Shown here: positions 12,601 through 25,000 of the stretch, piece after piece
Position numbering within the stretch: position 1 is the stretch's first letter
Layout: every line of letters starts with the position of its first letter
Assembly (NCBI GenBank): GCA_951406725.2
Contig: OX597816.1
Span: 141,112,001-141,176,000, forward strand
Origin: Octopus vulgaris
Lineage: Eukaryota
DNA: 64,000 bases
Reading direction: 5' to 3'
Notes under the pieces: model-generated
Told to the model about the DNA's origin: nothing
What the model saw: only the letters and a program-made list of their open reading frames with translations
Databases searched by the model: none
Program-made: the position numbers and the translations under genes

Positions 12601-15450
12601 AGTTTACAGAAGCAGCATCAATGGTCACAAAATACTTCAAGTTTTATAACAGGAGCTGCAATTAAAAATAGAATATTATAAGCTGAATTATATTGACATA
12701 CATATCTATTAAATTCAATAAAATTAAATAGAAATTTTTCTTTCTTTCTCCTTTCATTCAGTTCTCTATCATTTATTTCTAGCAATCTCAAAATAGTAAA
12801 GAATAGACCCATTTTTGACAGAGGATTACAGAAAAGTTTAGCCCCACCCCAACAACAACAAAATTATAGCAACTGAAAGATTATGGAAGATCTGACAACA
12901 AATATTGGTGTGCAAATTGGAACAACTCCAATGAGAATTAATGCAAGTGCAGTAACTTCAATGTTGAATAACTACACCATGTTAATGAGAAATCAGAATA
13001 TATATCTCATGATTTATTCTATCATATGAATATGGTTTTAAACATCATCATTCTTTAATGTCCGTTTCCTACACTGGCAGGGGTTGGACAGTTTGACCAG
13101 AGTTAGCAAGGCAGAGAGCTTCACCAGGCTCCAGTTTGATTTGGTTTGGTTTCTACAGCTTGATGCCCTTCCTAATGCCAGCCACTTTACAGTGTGCTAG
13201 GTGCTTTTAACATGGCACCATCTCGAGCAGTTTTACATGGCACTGACATTAGTGTTTTTTTCATGTGGCACTGGCACAAGACTCTTGTAGGCCAATCCGC
13301 TTCACCAGTGGGAGTAGGCTTAATGCTTCTGCTATGGGAAATGGATCTTAAGTACAGCAAGGCACCAGGTATCTCAGTCCTTTGTCATCTCATCTGATAA
13401 ATATATTTTGGTATATTGTACTCAACCAAATATAAATATATTTTGGTATTTTGTAGGTATTGTAAATTGAAGTTACTGCACTTTCATTAATTCTCATTGG
13501 AGTTTATTCCATTTCATTCACTAGTAGGTATTGTTAGATCTTATATAATCTTCCAGATTCTATAATTTTGTGCATGGAACTAAACATTTTTGTAATCCTT
13601 TGTGAGGGAACAGCTTTCAAACACAACTCTGTTCCAGTTTTCTGTTTTTTATAAGTATTTCTTTTTCCATATTTCCATATCCCTACAAATTAAATCACCA
13701 CTTTGGATGAAATAACCTCTGCTACGTGTATTGACTACTTTTTCCCAAAGTACCCAAACACTTCCTGTCTTAAATTAGTATCTACAATGTCTCATATCAT
13801 TTATATTTTTTATTCTTTGGGTTAATTCTCATCATAAGCATTGTATTAAAGTGTGATACTTTGCTATATTAAATGTCAATAAAATACCTATAACCTGGAC
13901 CTGTGTAGTTGATGATTAACTATGAAAAAACTGAGACACAAGACAGCAAAATGGCAGAATCATTAGAGTACTAGAGAAAAAAGTACCTAGTGTATTTGTC
14001 ACACTTTCTCACCACCACCATCATCACTTTAATGCCCACTTTTCTATGTTATCATGAATCAAACAAATTTGTGAAGCAAATTTTCTACAACTGGATGCCC
14101 TTTCTGTTGCTAACTGTCCCTTGTTTCTAAGCAAGGTAGTATTTCCACCCATGGCCACATGTTTTTCACAGATGACTAGAAATGAACAGCATTGTCAATA
14201 TAATATTGATATTTGTTGACAACCATCACATGAAGTTAAGACAAGGGTGCACACAAACACACACAGCTGGTTTCTTTTAGTCTCCATTTACCAAAACCAC
14301 TCACAAGGCTTTGGTTAGTCTAGAGCTATAGCAGAAGACACTTGTCTGAAATACCATGAAATGGAACTGAATCTGAAACCATGTGCTTAAAGAAGCAAGC
14401 TTCTTAACTTCACAGTCACACCTGCGACTTTACATTCTGAGTTCAAATTCTGTTGTAGTCAATTTTGGCATTTATCATTGCTGAATTGATAGAATAAAAT
14501 ACCCAACCTGGAAAATGGATTAGCAGAATTGCTTAAGTACTAAACAAAATGCTTTGTAGTATTTGTTCTCGCACTTTGTAGAAAAATTACTGAGGAGTTC
14601 AGCACATTCATGCAGGCATTGCAAACTTGTCTCTAACTAGCCAACAAGGGTATATAAAAGATATTTGAAAAACCCAACAGGAAATCACCTTTATCTTCTG
14701 TACAAAAAGTACATGTCAAACACCTCCATGAGTCAGTTATTGACTTTGATGGCACAGGAATGAAAAGAAAGGAGACACTTGTGGAGACAAGAGTGTCAGT
14801 TAATACCAGTAAAACATTTCTACAGAAGAATGGCAGCCACTCCAAACTGTAATTTGATGTAACAAGAAAACTGAACACATATAGTTAAAGTTCCATTAGT
14901 GTGACCTACGTGTGTGTGCACACACACATGTACATCTTTGCCAATGTACACATGCAGGTTCTGTCCAACAAATTCTACTCAAAATTTTTTGGCCAACCTG
15001 AAACTATGGTCAAATCCACTTTCCCCAAGTTTGTTTGCTTATTCATTTCTAAGTTTTCCACAGTAGAATAAGTCAGATGAACATATTTTTGAGGCATTGT
15101 TTTACAGCCAAGTACTCTTCCTGTTCCTATATTTTAATTTTCATTTTGCCTGTATATTAGTAATGAAGAATAAAGAAGATATGATAAAAAAAATGACAGG
15201 ATATACTTGTTGAAATCTAAAGTAAAAGCTTCCATTGATCTAACTTATAAAGCTATTTCATTATTAGAATTTAAAAAATAAACTAAATCTTTTATGTACT
15301 TCTTTTGAAATTCACAACAATCTGCAGTATTTTACTTTATAGTAATATGACCTTTGCTTATTCCCAAGGATGGGCAGATATGGGTTAAAAGTGTAAAACA
15401 GTTTATATATATATAAACAATATGTTTCCATTAAAATTACAATTCTGGAC

Positions 15451-15685
15451 CAGAGGTTCTCAACTACATGGTCCAGGAGTGGTGGAGGTCCATTTAAAAT
15501 TTTGCTGTAAAAAATTTATGTGCAATAAATTAGTTGTACAAAATATTTCAATTTTTTTCATACAATTCCTAATAATATTTAATTATAAAAATACAGTAAG
15601 ATTTTTTTATATACATCAAATGGCTACGGGAGCCCAGTAGAATAAAATAGGAATCAAATGGGCAAAAAATGGTTGAGAACCACTG
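15451..15685. mobile_element. hAT-type MITE, within the presumed RB1 3' UTR
   Basis: TIRs CAGAGGTTCTCAAC / GTTGAGAACCACTG; degenerate 8-bp flanks TTCTGGAC / TCCTATAC. Confidence 0.7.
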
Positions 15686-15985
15686 TCCTATACAATTAAC
15701 TTCATATCTGAAGTGTATATATACAATATTGATATCCATTATATTTCAATCAAGTTTATCTCAATCTTCAACAAGTATCTTATTCCTAGATATATACATA
15801 GTCCTAGACTAGATTCAAAGTAGGAAACTATATTTCTATACCAAAGCAGAAATAACCTTATCTATCAAGGCACTAAAATACAGCAACACATCTCAGTTAT
15901 CCAATAGAATTTCCAACAAACAACAACTTACAGCTGAAACCAATCCATTTGTCAGTTTACAGCACCAAACTTTAAAGAACAACAA

Positions 15986-16076
15986 TCATTTCTCCATTGT
16001 GTTTTCTTTTCTTTCTTTTTGAGAACTGTCCACTGCCAAAGACCCAGGTCGACTATCAGCAGAGCTGTTGACTTCA
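15986..16076 (-). CDS. RB1: RB1 last coding exon: EVNSSADSRPGSLAVDSSQKERKENTMEK-stop
   Basis: TTTTCAG acceptor; phase 2; TGA at 15988-15986. Confidence 0.8.
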
Positions 16077-19000
16077 CTGAAAATAGTTATTTTGAAATTA
16101 ATGACAAGGAACAGGCTCCATATGGCTATTTAAGTAACATTTTTACCAGCAGGGGAGAATATTTTAATATTTTCATCTTCATCCTTTTATTCTAATGCTA
16201 ACACTACTTGATAAGATAGGTAAGTATTTATTATTAGCTACCATGTTAAAAAAAAACAACTGATGAAGAGCAAGAGAGTGGCCCAAACCCTATAACATTC
16301 AGATTATTAGCAGTTTGTCAAAAAGAAACCAATAGAATAAGTACCAGGCTCAAAAGAAAGAAAAAAACACACACACACATATATATATATACAATGGACT
16401 TCTTTCGGTTTCTATTAACCAAATCCACTCACAAAAGTTTGGTGGGCCAAGGAAGAGGGATTGAACCTGGAACTATGTGGTTGGGAAGCAAACTTCTTAC
16501 CATTTATGCTAGAATGAATTTTAATTGGACAATATCTATTCCAATAAAATTTTACACCAACATAACATTATAAATTTATATTTCTGAATATAGAATTAAA
16601 GTATAAAGATTTAAATATACTCCAAACATATTCAGCCTTGAAATAAAGTATTAATATTTGGGATTTATAACATATTTATATGTTATAAATATTAAAGCAT
16701 ATTCCATCAACATCATTTTGCATCTTCTTTACCAAGGTGGCACAAAGTGAATGAGAGTTGTCAAGGGTCAAGTTAGTTCTTATTTGTTAATCTATGCCCT
16801 CCTAGACAAATTGGGGCCATGTTTCGCTAGCACATTCCATTTCTGACAGGTTTCTCTGGCTGAATGCCCTTCCTATCATAGGCACTTTACAGGATGTACT
16901 AGGTACATGTCATCAAGGCACCAGCATCAGGGAGGTTGTCATGTCCTCAGCAAAGTTAAAGAACTCCTGGTTACTCTAGACTGTCTGCTTGATAAGCTGT
17001 TTCAGCATGGTATTCAGTTAAAATCGCAAAAAGGACATAACCAGCATGGCTTGTTTCAATTGCACATGAATAAATCAAGTGCAAAAAAAAAAAAAAAAAG
17101 GACCCAACTGGAATCGAGAATGTTACCTGATACTCAAACTCTCTCTCTCTCGCTCTCTCACAGAGGTGATAAATGGACTACAGAGGCAAACTCCCTATAT
17201 GTTTACATATTCAGAGTCCATATTCAAAAATAATCGGTAACAAGTACAACTCACTTTTCAGAAGCAGGTTGAATGTCATCAAATTGCAGAAAGCGCTGTG
17301 TCTTCTTCAGAGCTGATGACATATAACGTGGCATTGGAGATGATTGTTCTTTCTTTTCAGCAGACTTTAAAAACAATATACAAGAAAAATTTAGCAACAT
17401 TTAAGAATTCCTCTTAAAGGGGAGAAAAAAAATAATTATCAATAAGACAATAATATAATCCTGCACCTCTCTTATTATTATTAGTCAACAGTTCAGTCAT
17501 CAGCTTGGTTCATCAGTGTACTTGCATCATCCATGCCCTCTCTATGACAGAGAGAATATCACTGATGAGGTCACACATGGCAACAAAATGACTATAATGA
17601 ATCTAGCTGATTGATTAATTGACTGAATGATTAATCAATTGATTAATAAAATGATTAAATGGTTAACAAGTTGACTAATATTAAATAAAAGAAGTGAAAC
17701 AGAACTAGTGTTTGTTATTGGCATAATGATCCTTCCAAGGTACAAAGAAATCTGTTTCAATACCTGATTTCACATTAAGAAGCTTGCAAACCAAATACAG
17801 AAACAAAATTATCATTAAAAACAAAATGTAATTATTAACACTTTAGCATTCAGATTACAGTCAAATGTAATGCTTATGATGTGATTGTTTATTATTAGAA
17901 TGACATTGTAGGGCAGATGTGAGAGGCTGGATCTGGATGGTTTGAACATAAAATAAGTCAAATGTTTTGGCCACATGTGACTGGTCTAAATTCTAAAGGG
18001 TTAAAAGAAACAGTAATTGTCATTAAAAGTCAATACTATTATTAAAAATTATAGACTTATCATTAAAAAATATATATAATTAGTATTAAATATAAATAAG
18101 AAAAAATATGATTATTTTAAGTTAACAATCTCTTTATGCCATACATACCTCTTTTGCTGGTGTGGTAGAGACTCTTGAGCTGACTGGGGTTGGGGGTTTA
18201 AAGGAAGGGTCTTTCCAGGTATTGGTTTCAGATCTAGAGGAAAAGGAGAAATGGTAGCAACAGCAATAATAAAAAATATGTTCAGAGAACTAAGATAAGC
18301 TTGAGATATGTAAATGAAAGCTATCCCAGGAACAGAGGAAACAGCAGCAAAATATGGGTTTAATAAACCGGCGAGTCATTTAACATCTGCTTTTCCATGC
18401 TTGCATGGGGCCAACAGAATTTATCAAGGTAGATTTTCAACAGCCTAGTACTCATCATGTTTCCAAGCAGGGTTATATTTCCTATAGTTAAACATGTTTT
18501 CCACAAAATACAGGAAACAAACAACCTCGCTTGTATGACAATGACGCTCATTTACAACCATCATGTGATGTCTAGACTAGAGCACACACACATGACAGGT
18601 CTCTCTTAGTTTCTGTCCACCAAATCCACTCACAATGCTTTGATTGGACCAGGGGTATAGAAGAAGACACTTGCCCAAAGTGCCATGCAGTGAGACTGCA
18701 CCCAAGACCTCATGGTTAGGAACCAAGCTACTTAACCACAGAGCCACAACTGGATAACTTCCAAAGTGTTTAGAAGACACATCACTAGAATTTTGTGATA
18801 TCAATACACGGCTTTGACCAATACAGAACTTTATAACAACAATAATGTATTTAACATAGGCACAAGGCCTGAAATTTGTGGGGGTGATGGTGGAGAATAG
18901 TGAATTATTTCAACTCCAAAATTTGACTGGTATGTTATTTAATCAATCCAGGAAGTATGAAAAGCAAATTTGGAAGGAGGCAAGCCCAAGACTTGACTGA

Positions 19001-22000
19001 TACGCTATTTTATTGACCTCAGCAGGATTTGAACCAGGAATGTAAAGTGCTGGAAGAAATACTGCAAGGTTGTCCTACACTCTAATGCTTCTACCATTCC
19101 ACTGCTCTAATATAATAATACTAATAATAGTCGTTTCTGATTTGGGCACAAACCCAGCAATTTTGAGGAAGGGGATTAGTCAATTACATCGACCCCAGTA
19201 TTTGACTGATATTCCATTTCATCAACTCCAAAAGGACAAAAGGCAAATTTGAACTTTTTTCCTGGTGCTTTAATGATTCCACCAGTTAGCTACCATAACA
19301 ATTATAATAACTGACAATATTGATTTCCAATATAACCATAAGATCACAAATTTTGTAGGAGAGTTCAGTTAATTTAATTGAAACAATAGTTTGGTTAATT
19401 ATTTTACCTAGCAGGAATTGCTGAAGCATGGAATAAACTACCAGCATCAGTTTTTAGCCGTCAAGACACCACATCCTTCAAAACTTCCATACTTCCTAAA
19501 ATACATCAACAGTACACCTGATGCCCCTCAAACCTGTTTTGTTTTTAATGACTTATTCACTGTTCACTACCTGTGCATATTCTATGTACTGTTCATGCAG
19601 TTTTTGATTACTTTTTCTGAGTTGTAGTGCACCTGGGAACTGTATACAATAAGTTCATCATTATTTTAAAGCCAGAATGTAACTAAATAACACAAGGCAT
19701 TGTCTGATGCTCAACAGATCTTCATGCTCTTCATCTTAGCCAATTCTGTATCACAAAAACTGGCCGGGAAATATTTCAGCTCTTAACAATTGCTAATCCG
19801 CTACAAAACTCAGGTAAGATCCACTACAGAATATAACTCAACATCTGCAATGGTTGTTACTACACATACAAACATCCTACACTGCATTAAAGGAAAAATT
19901 ACATAACTTGGTTTGCACGAAGTCACTCATCAACACACTTCAATCTCTGGCTTCTCATTCCATTATTTTTTATGCCATAACTACAGTGGCACTTGCTCCC
20001 CAGCATTTGTCAGACTCATGCCACCTATATACTCAGACACTTCCAACTAATTTGTCACTGATATTGTGTCCACCCCTCTAGGCCCAAAACTGAACAGCAA
20101 TCACACCGACCTTTGAGAGCCAGCAAAAGCCATGAGCACAGCCTTTTCCATCAGACTAATCCAATAATCAGAAATATTAAATTTCTAAATATCTCATAGA
20201 GATATGTACGGTGGTGGGGCGATAGAATGGTGGTATACTGTCAATTTAACGTGACAGTAGGGGATTACACCACTGCTGTTTAGCCCTAGGAAGCATCGAC
20301 GTCTCCTGATGGCTTCAACACATTTTTTCCTGTGTCCTTATATATTTACGGACACAGGAAAAAATGTGTTGAAGCCATCAGGAGGCGTCGATGCTTCCTA
20401 GGGCTAAACAGCGGTGGTGTAATCCCCTACTGTCATGTTAAATTGACAGTATACCACCATTCTAATCCAATAATGTCTTCTTTTATATTACTTCATCATA
20501 AACAGTGGTTGGCAGCAGCAGAAGTGGCATAACAACCACTTTTCCGTACAGACTTTTCGTAGGCCAGGTGGCCTTACCTGTTTCAAGATTTCCATGCAGA
20601 TTTTCTGGTCAGATGCCCTTCCTGTTGCCAACCCTCACCTGTTTCCAAGCTAGATAATATTTTTCTCATGGCCAGACATGTTCTTGCAGAATATTGGAAA
20701 TAATATTTCTTGTATGACAGCGACACTTTTTGTACAAGTCTCACGTGATGTCAAGACAAGGGGATACAAACATACACACACACTTACTTAAATGTGGTAA
20801 TAATGGGTGTGTGATAAAAATGTTAGAGAGCTTAGTGGTCAAAACGATTCTAGTGTTAATGTATTGTACACCAAAGCCTTAAGGCAGGGTACATAACTCT
20901 GCTTGTCCCACCCCTACATCAGAGCTGAATAGCTAGCTGCAAGCAGGGAGGACAACCAGCTATTTAAAATATGTTCCAAATAGAACGCTTTTATAAGCCT
21001 AAACTACCTACCGGCTTACTCTAACACAAAGCAAATAAATAAAAAAAAAGATTTTGGTGACATATCCAGATTCTCTAAGTTTTCAGGCTGCAGAAGCAGA
21101 AAGCAACACTGAACTACTACATCTACTTCTCTATGCTTGCATAGGTCAGACAGAGTATATATATATGTGGAAGTGGAAGACCCAGGAAGACATGGGACGA
21201 AGTACTGAAGAACACCTAACGATGCTGAAACTTTCAGGCGAGATGACAGAGGACCGAGATGCCTGGTGTCTTGTACTCAAGAAAACCCATACTTTGCAGC
21301 AGAAGTGTTAAAATTGGTCCCTCTGATGGTGTAAAACACTTGTGGTGGCACCATGTAAAAGTGCCCGTGCAGTGCCACATAAAAGTGCCCAAACACTTGT
21401 GGTGACACCATGTAAAAGTGCCCAAACACTTGTGGTAGGACCATGTAAAAGTGCCCATGCAGTGCCACATAAAAGTGCCCAAGCACTTGTGGTGGCACCA
21501 TGTAAAAGTGCCCGTGCAGTGCCACATAAAAGTGCCCAAACACTTGTGGTGACACCATGTAAAAGTGCCCAAACACTTGTGGTAGGACCATGTAAAAGTG
21601 CCCGTGCAGTGCCACATAAAAGTGACCAAACACTTGTGGTGGCACCATGTAAAAGTGCCCATGCAGTGCCACATAAAAGTGCCCAAGCACTTGTGGTGGC
21701 ACCATGTAAAAGTGCCCGTGCAGTGCCACATAAAAGTGCCCAGCATGCTCTGCAAAGTGGTTGGCTTAGGAAGGGCATCCATCCACAGAAACTATACCAA
21801 ATCAGACTGGAATTTGGTGCAGCTCCCCAGTTCTGATCAAATTGTCCAACCCATGCCAGCATGGACAACGGATGTTAAATGATGATGATGATGATGATGA
21901 TGCATGTATGCGTGCATGTGTGTGTGTTATTGCCTCCTTGCCTCGATTTTATGTGACAAAAGTAGACATCAAAACGTTGATGATGATATATGCAGACATT

Positions 22001-25000
22001 ACTCACCAACTGCTACAAGTATTAATCTTAGCATGAGAAAAATAGATAAATACTTCTCATTGTTATCAACAATGAAGTATTCCAGTTGTTCAAGCAGCTT
22101 GACTGCTTAACTCATTGAATCAGCATGTGAAGTGGCTGAATATCCCACAGACACTTGAACCTTTAACTTAATCCTCAAACACAAACAGCAAGATACATTG
22201 TGTGACAAAGCCAATCCTTTGAACTATGAGTACAATTCACACAATATGCTTCAACAGTTTCTGCCTCCACAGTTACCCCCATAAAGCTTGCATTAATCAG
22301 AAGTTATGGTAAAAGACACACACCCAAAATGACATACAGTGGGATTGAACCCTGGATCTCATGACTGCAAAGTATTCTTAATCATTTGGCCATGCATACA
22401 TCAATAGCATATGCACATGTGCACACGCACTCACACACATGTGCATGTGCATGCAGAATTCCTACCTGTTGGTAGAAGCATCCATCCCGTCACGCGGCCT
22501 TTTAGCTGTGTTCCTAGTGGAGTCATTGTCTAAGTTGTCAAACTGGAGACGTTTCTGAGCTCGGCTTTGAGCAATGGTATCATTGATGTTACGTAATTTC
22601 TCAGCAGACTGGCAGGTAAATAAATAAAAGCAATTTTATTACTTATGCTGTTTGCTTTAAAATGTTAAAAAAAGAATTTATAAAATGACAAGATGATTAA
22701 TAAAATACAGAAAAACAAAGAGGCTACAACATGAATTTGGACGCTCAAAGAACAATAATTTGGCGTTTGCTAAAAAGCATCCGTGAGGTAAACCCGTGTA
22801 GCAAACCAAATGGCGGTGCCCCAGCATGGCCACAGCTCATTAGCTGAAACTGGAAAAATCAAAAATCAATATCTTTGAAGGTCATAATGAAAGCTACAGG
22901 TTTGAACCTCAGCTCTAGTATAACTACCAAAAACTATATAGAAAAATAAAAAGTCATGGTGTAATGAATTTGGAGGCTCAAAGAACAGTAATTTAATATA
23001 AATATATTTATATATCTTTGAAGGTCATAATGAAAGCTACAGGTTTGAACCTCAGCTCTAGTATAACTACCAAAAACTATATAGAAAAATAAAAAGTCAT
23101 GGTGTAAAGTAAGAGAATTTCTAATGTTTATTTTAACCTAAATAGAATCGGTTGTATCGTATGATTATTCTTTTGTCAGCAATATCAGAACTGAAATATC
23201 CATAATAAATTTAGAATGAAAAATAAATGAATAAATTAAGCCTTTTATTTCATTATAGTAGAATGTGGGGATCACGTGATAGTATGAAGAGGTGAGGTAA
23301 TCAGGATATAGTAAATTGAAGGACAAACAGAATATACAGTGAAAGAAGAGAAACAGGACATAGAATGGTAGAAGAGAAATACAATTTAGAAGGGTAAGAA
23401 AGAAACACAACATAGTACAAAGAAGAAGAGGCAACACATCAAATGAATGGTAGAGAAATAAAATATAGCATAGTGGGAGAGAAATATAACATAGTATGGT
23501 GGGAGAGGAATAGAATATAGCATGGAAAAAAGATAACATGAGAAGAGAGAAACAGAACAGAGTATAAGAGCAATATAGAATATAGTAAAATGAATGAAAG
23601 ATAAAACATAGTTTGATATATTCTATTTTTACTTTATATCAGATTTTATTATCAACAAATGTCTTTTGTTACAGGTTTCCAACACACCAATCACTGTTTC
23701 ATTGCAATTCTAGAGGCAAGAATGATAAAGGCATTTTGAATCACATACACAGGTGTGTGCGCACACACATACACTGGCGAAAATAAATTTAAGACCAATG
23801 ATAAAAGTTCTATTTCTTAGAAAATATTTTGTTACTAACACCATACAAATTATTTCTATCTTTTATACCTTATGCAGAATACTAATATGTATTTTGTTCT
23901 TGTTGCTCATTTTTGCTACAATCTTAAGCTTTAAATAAAATTATAATGATACGGTCTTAAACTAATTTTGCCGGTAAATTTGAAACGTTTATATTAATTT
24001 AGCATTAGAATTCTTCAAGTTGTATAAAAATAGTTATTGTCTGCATCATTCAAAAGAGAAATAAATTCTGCATAAGGTGTAAAAGATAAGAATAATTTGT
24101 ATGGTGTTAGTAACAAAATATTTTGTAAGAAATAGAACTTTTATCATCGGTCTTAAATTTATTTTTGCCAGTGTATACACATAACAAGCTTCTTTCAGTT
24201 TCTGTCTCCCAAATCCATTTACAAGGCTTTCATTGGTCTGGGCCTATAGTAGAAGGCACCTGCCCAAGATGCCATACATTGGGGCTGAATCTAAGACAAC
24301 ATGGTTGGAAAGCAAGCTTTTTAACCACACAACACACATGTGCATACTTTTACCAACGTAAACCAGCAAAAAAGTTTCATAAATTAATGTTTTCAAACTA
24401 AAATTCTGTATGGTATTTGTTCTACTCAGTCTGTCGTCCTTGCCATTGTAAATGCAGCAAACCAGAGATTAGCCCATTGGTTGGAGAAAACATGCAATTA
24501 TTCAGAAAATGCAATATAAATTTTCTTTTTAAAATATATATATATAAACAAAAAGAAATAGAATACAGTTATAACAATAGAGAAATTGAGATTAATTGTA
24601 ATTATTACAAAAAGAAAATCTGAGGAAGCTGTTATAATGAAGAAGTTGAGATGAATAATAGGTCACCAATATAGAAAACATGTGAAGCTTACCCCAACTC
24701 CTTCTACAAAGCAGTACAACTGATCTGTCCTTGGAGTAAGTTGACCTTGTGTCTTGAACAGTGGACTTTTAGCATAACTCACATGAAAGTTCTTCTTGCC
24801 TGCAACACTGGTATTGAAAATAAAGGAACTTTGTTAAAAGCAAAACAAATAAAACTATCACATAATTGTTAATCTTGCCAGCAAGCAAAATGAGTTTGTG
24901 AAGGTTATGGTGATAATAAACGTTGATGGAAAATGGATTTAGCAATATTAACAGATTTAAACTGGTAATACAAGACTTAATTCTTTCATGACATAATTTT

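Noticed and set aside
21234-21882. Five overlapping His/Cys/Trp-rich ORFs (94-186 aa) and a CRISPR-like repeat appearance
   Set aside because: Produced by 33- and 24-bp tandem units inside a SINE. The 'spacers' are themselves repeated, there are no cas genes, and the context is a eukaryotic intron.
23165-23600. 124-aa hydrophobic ORF on the minus strand
   Set aside because: Antisense of a purine-rich, degenerate ~30-bp low-complexity repeat; no splice or homology support
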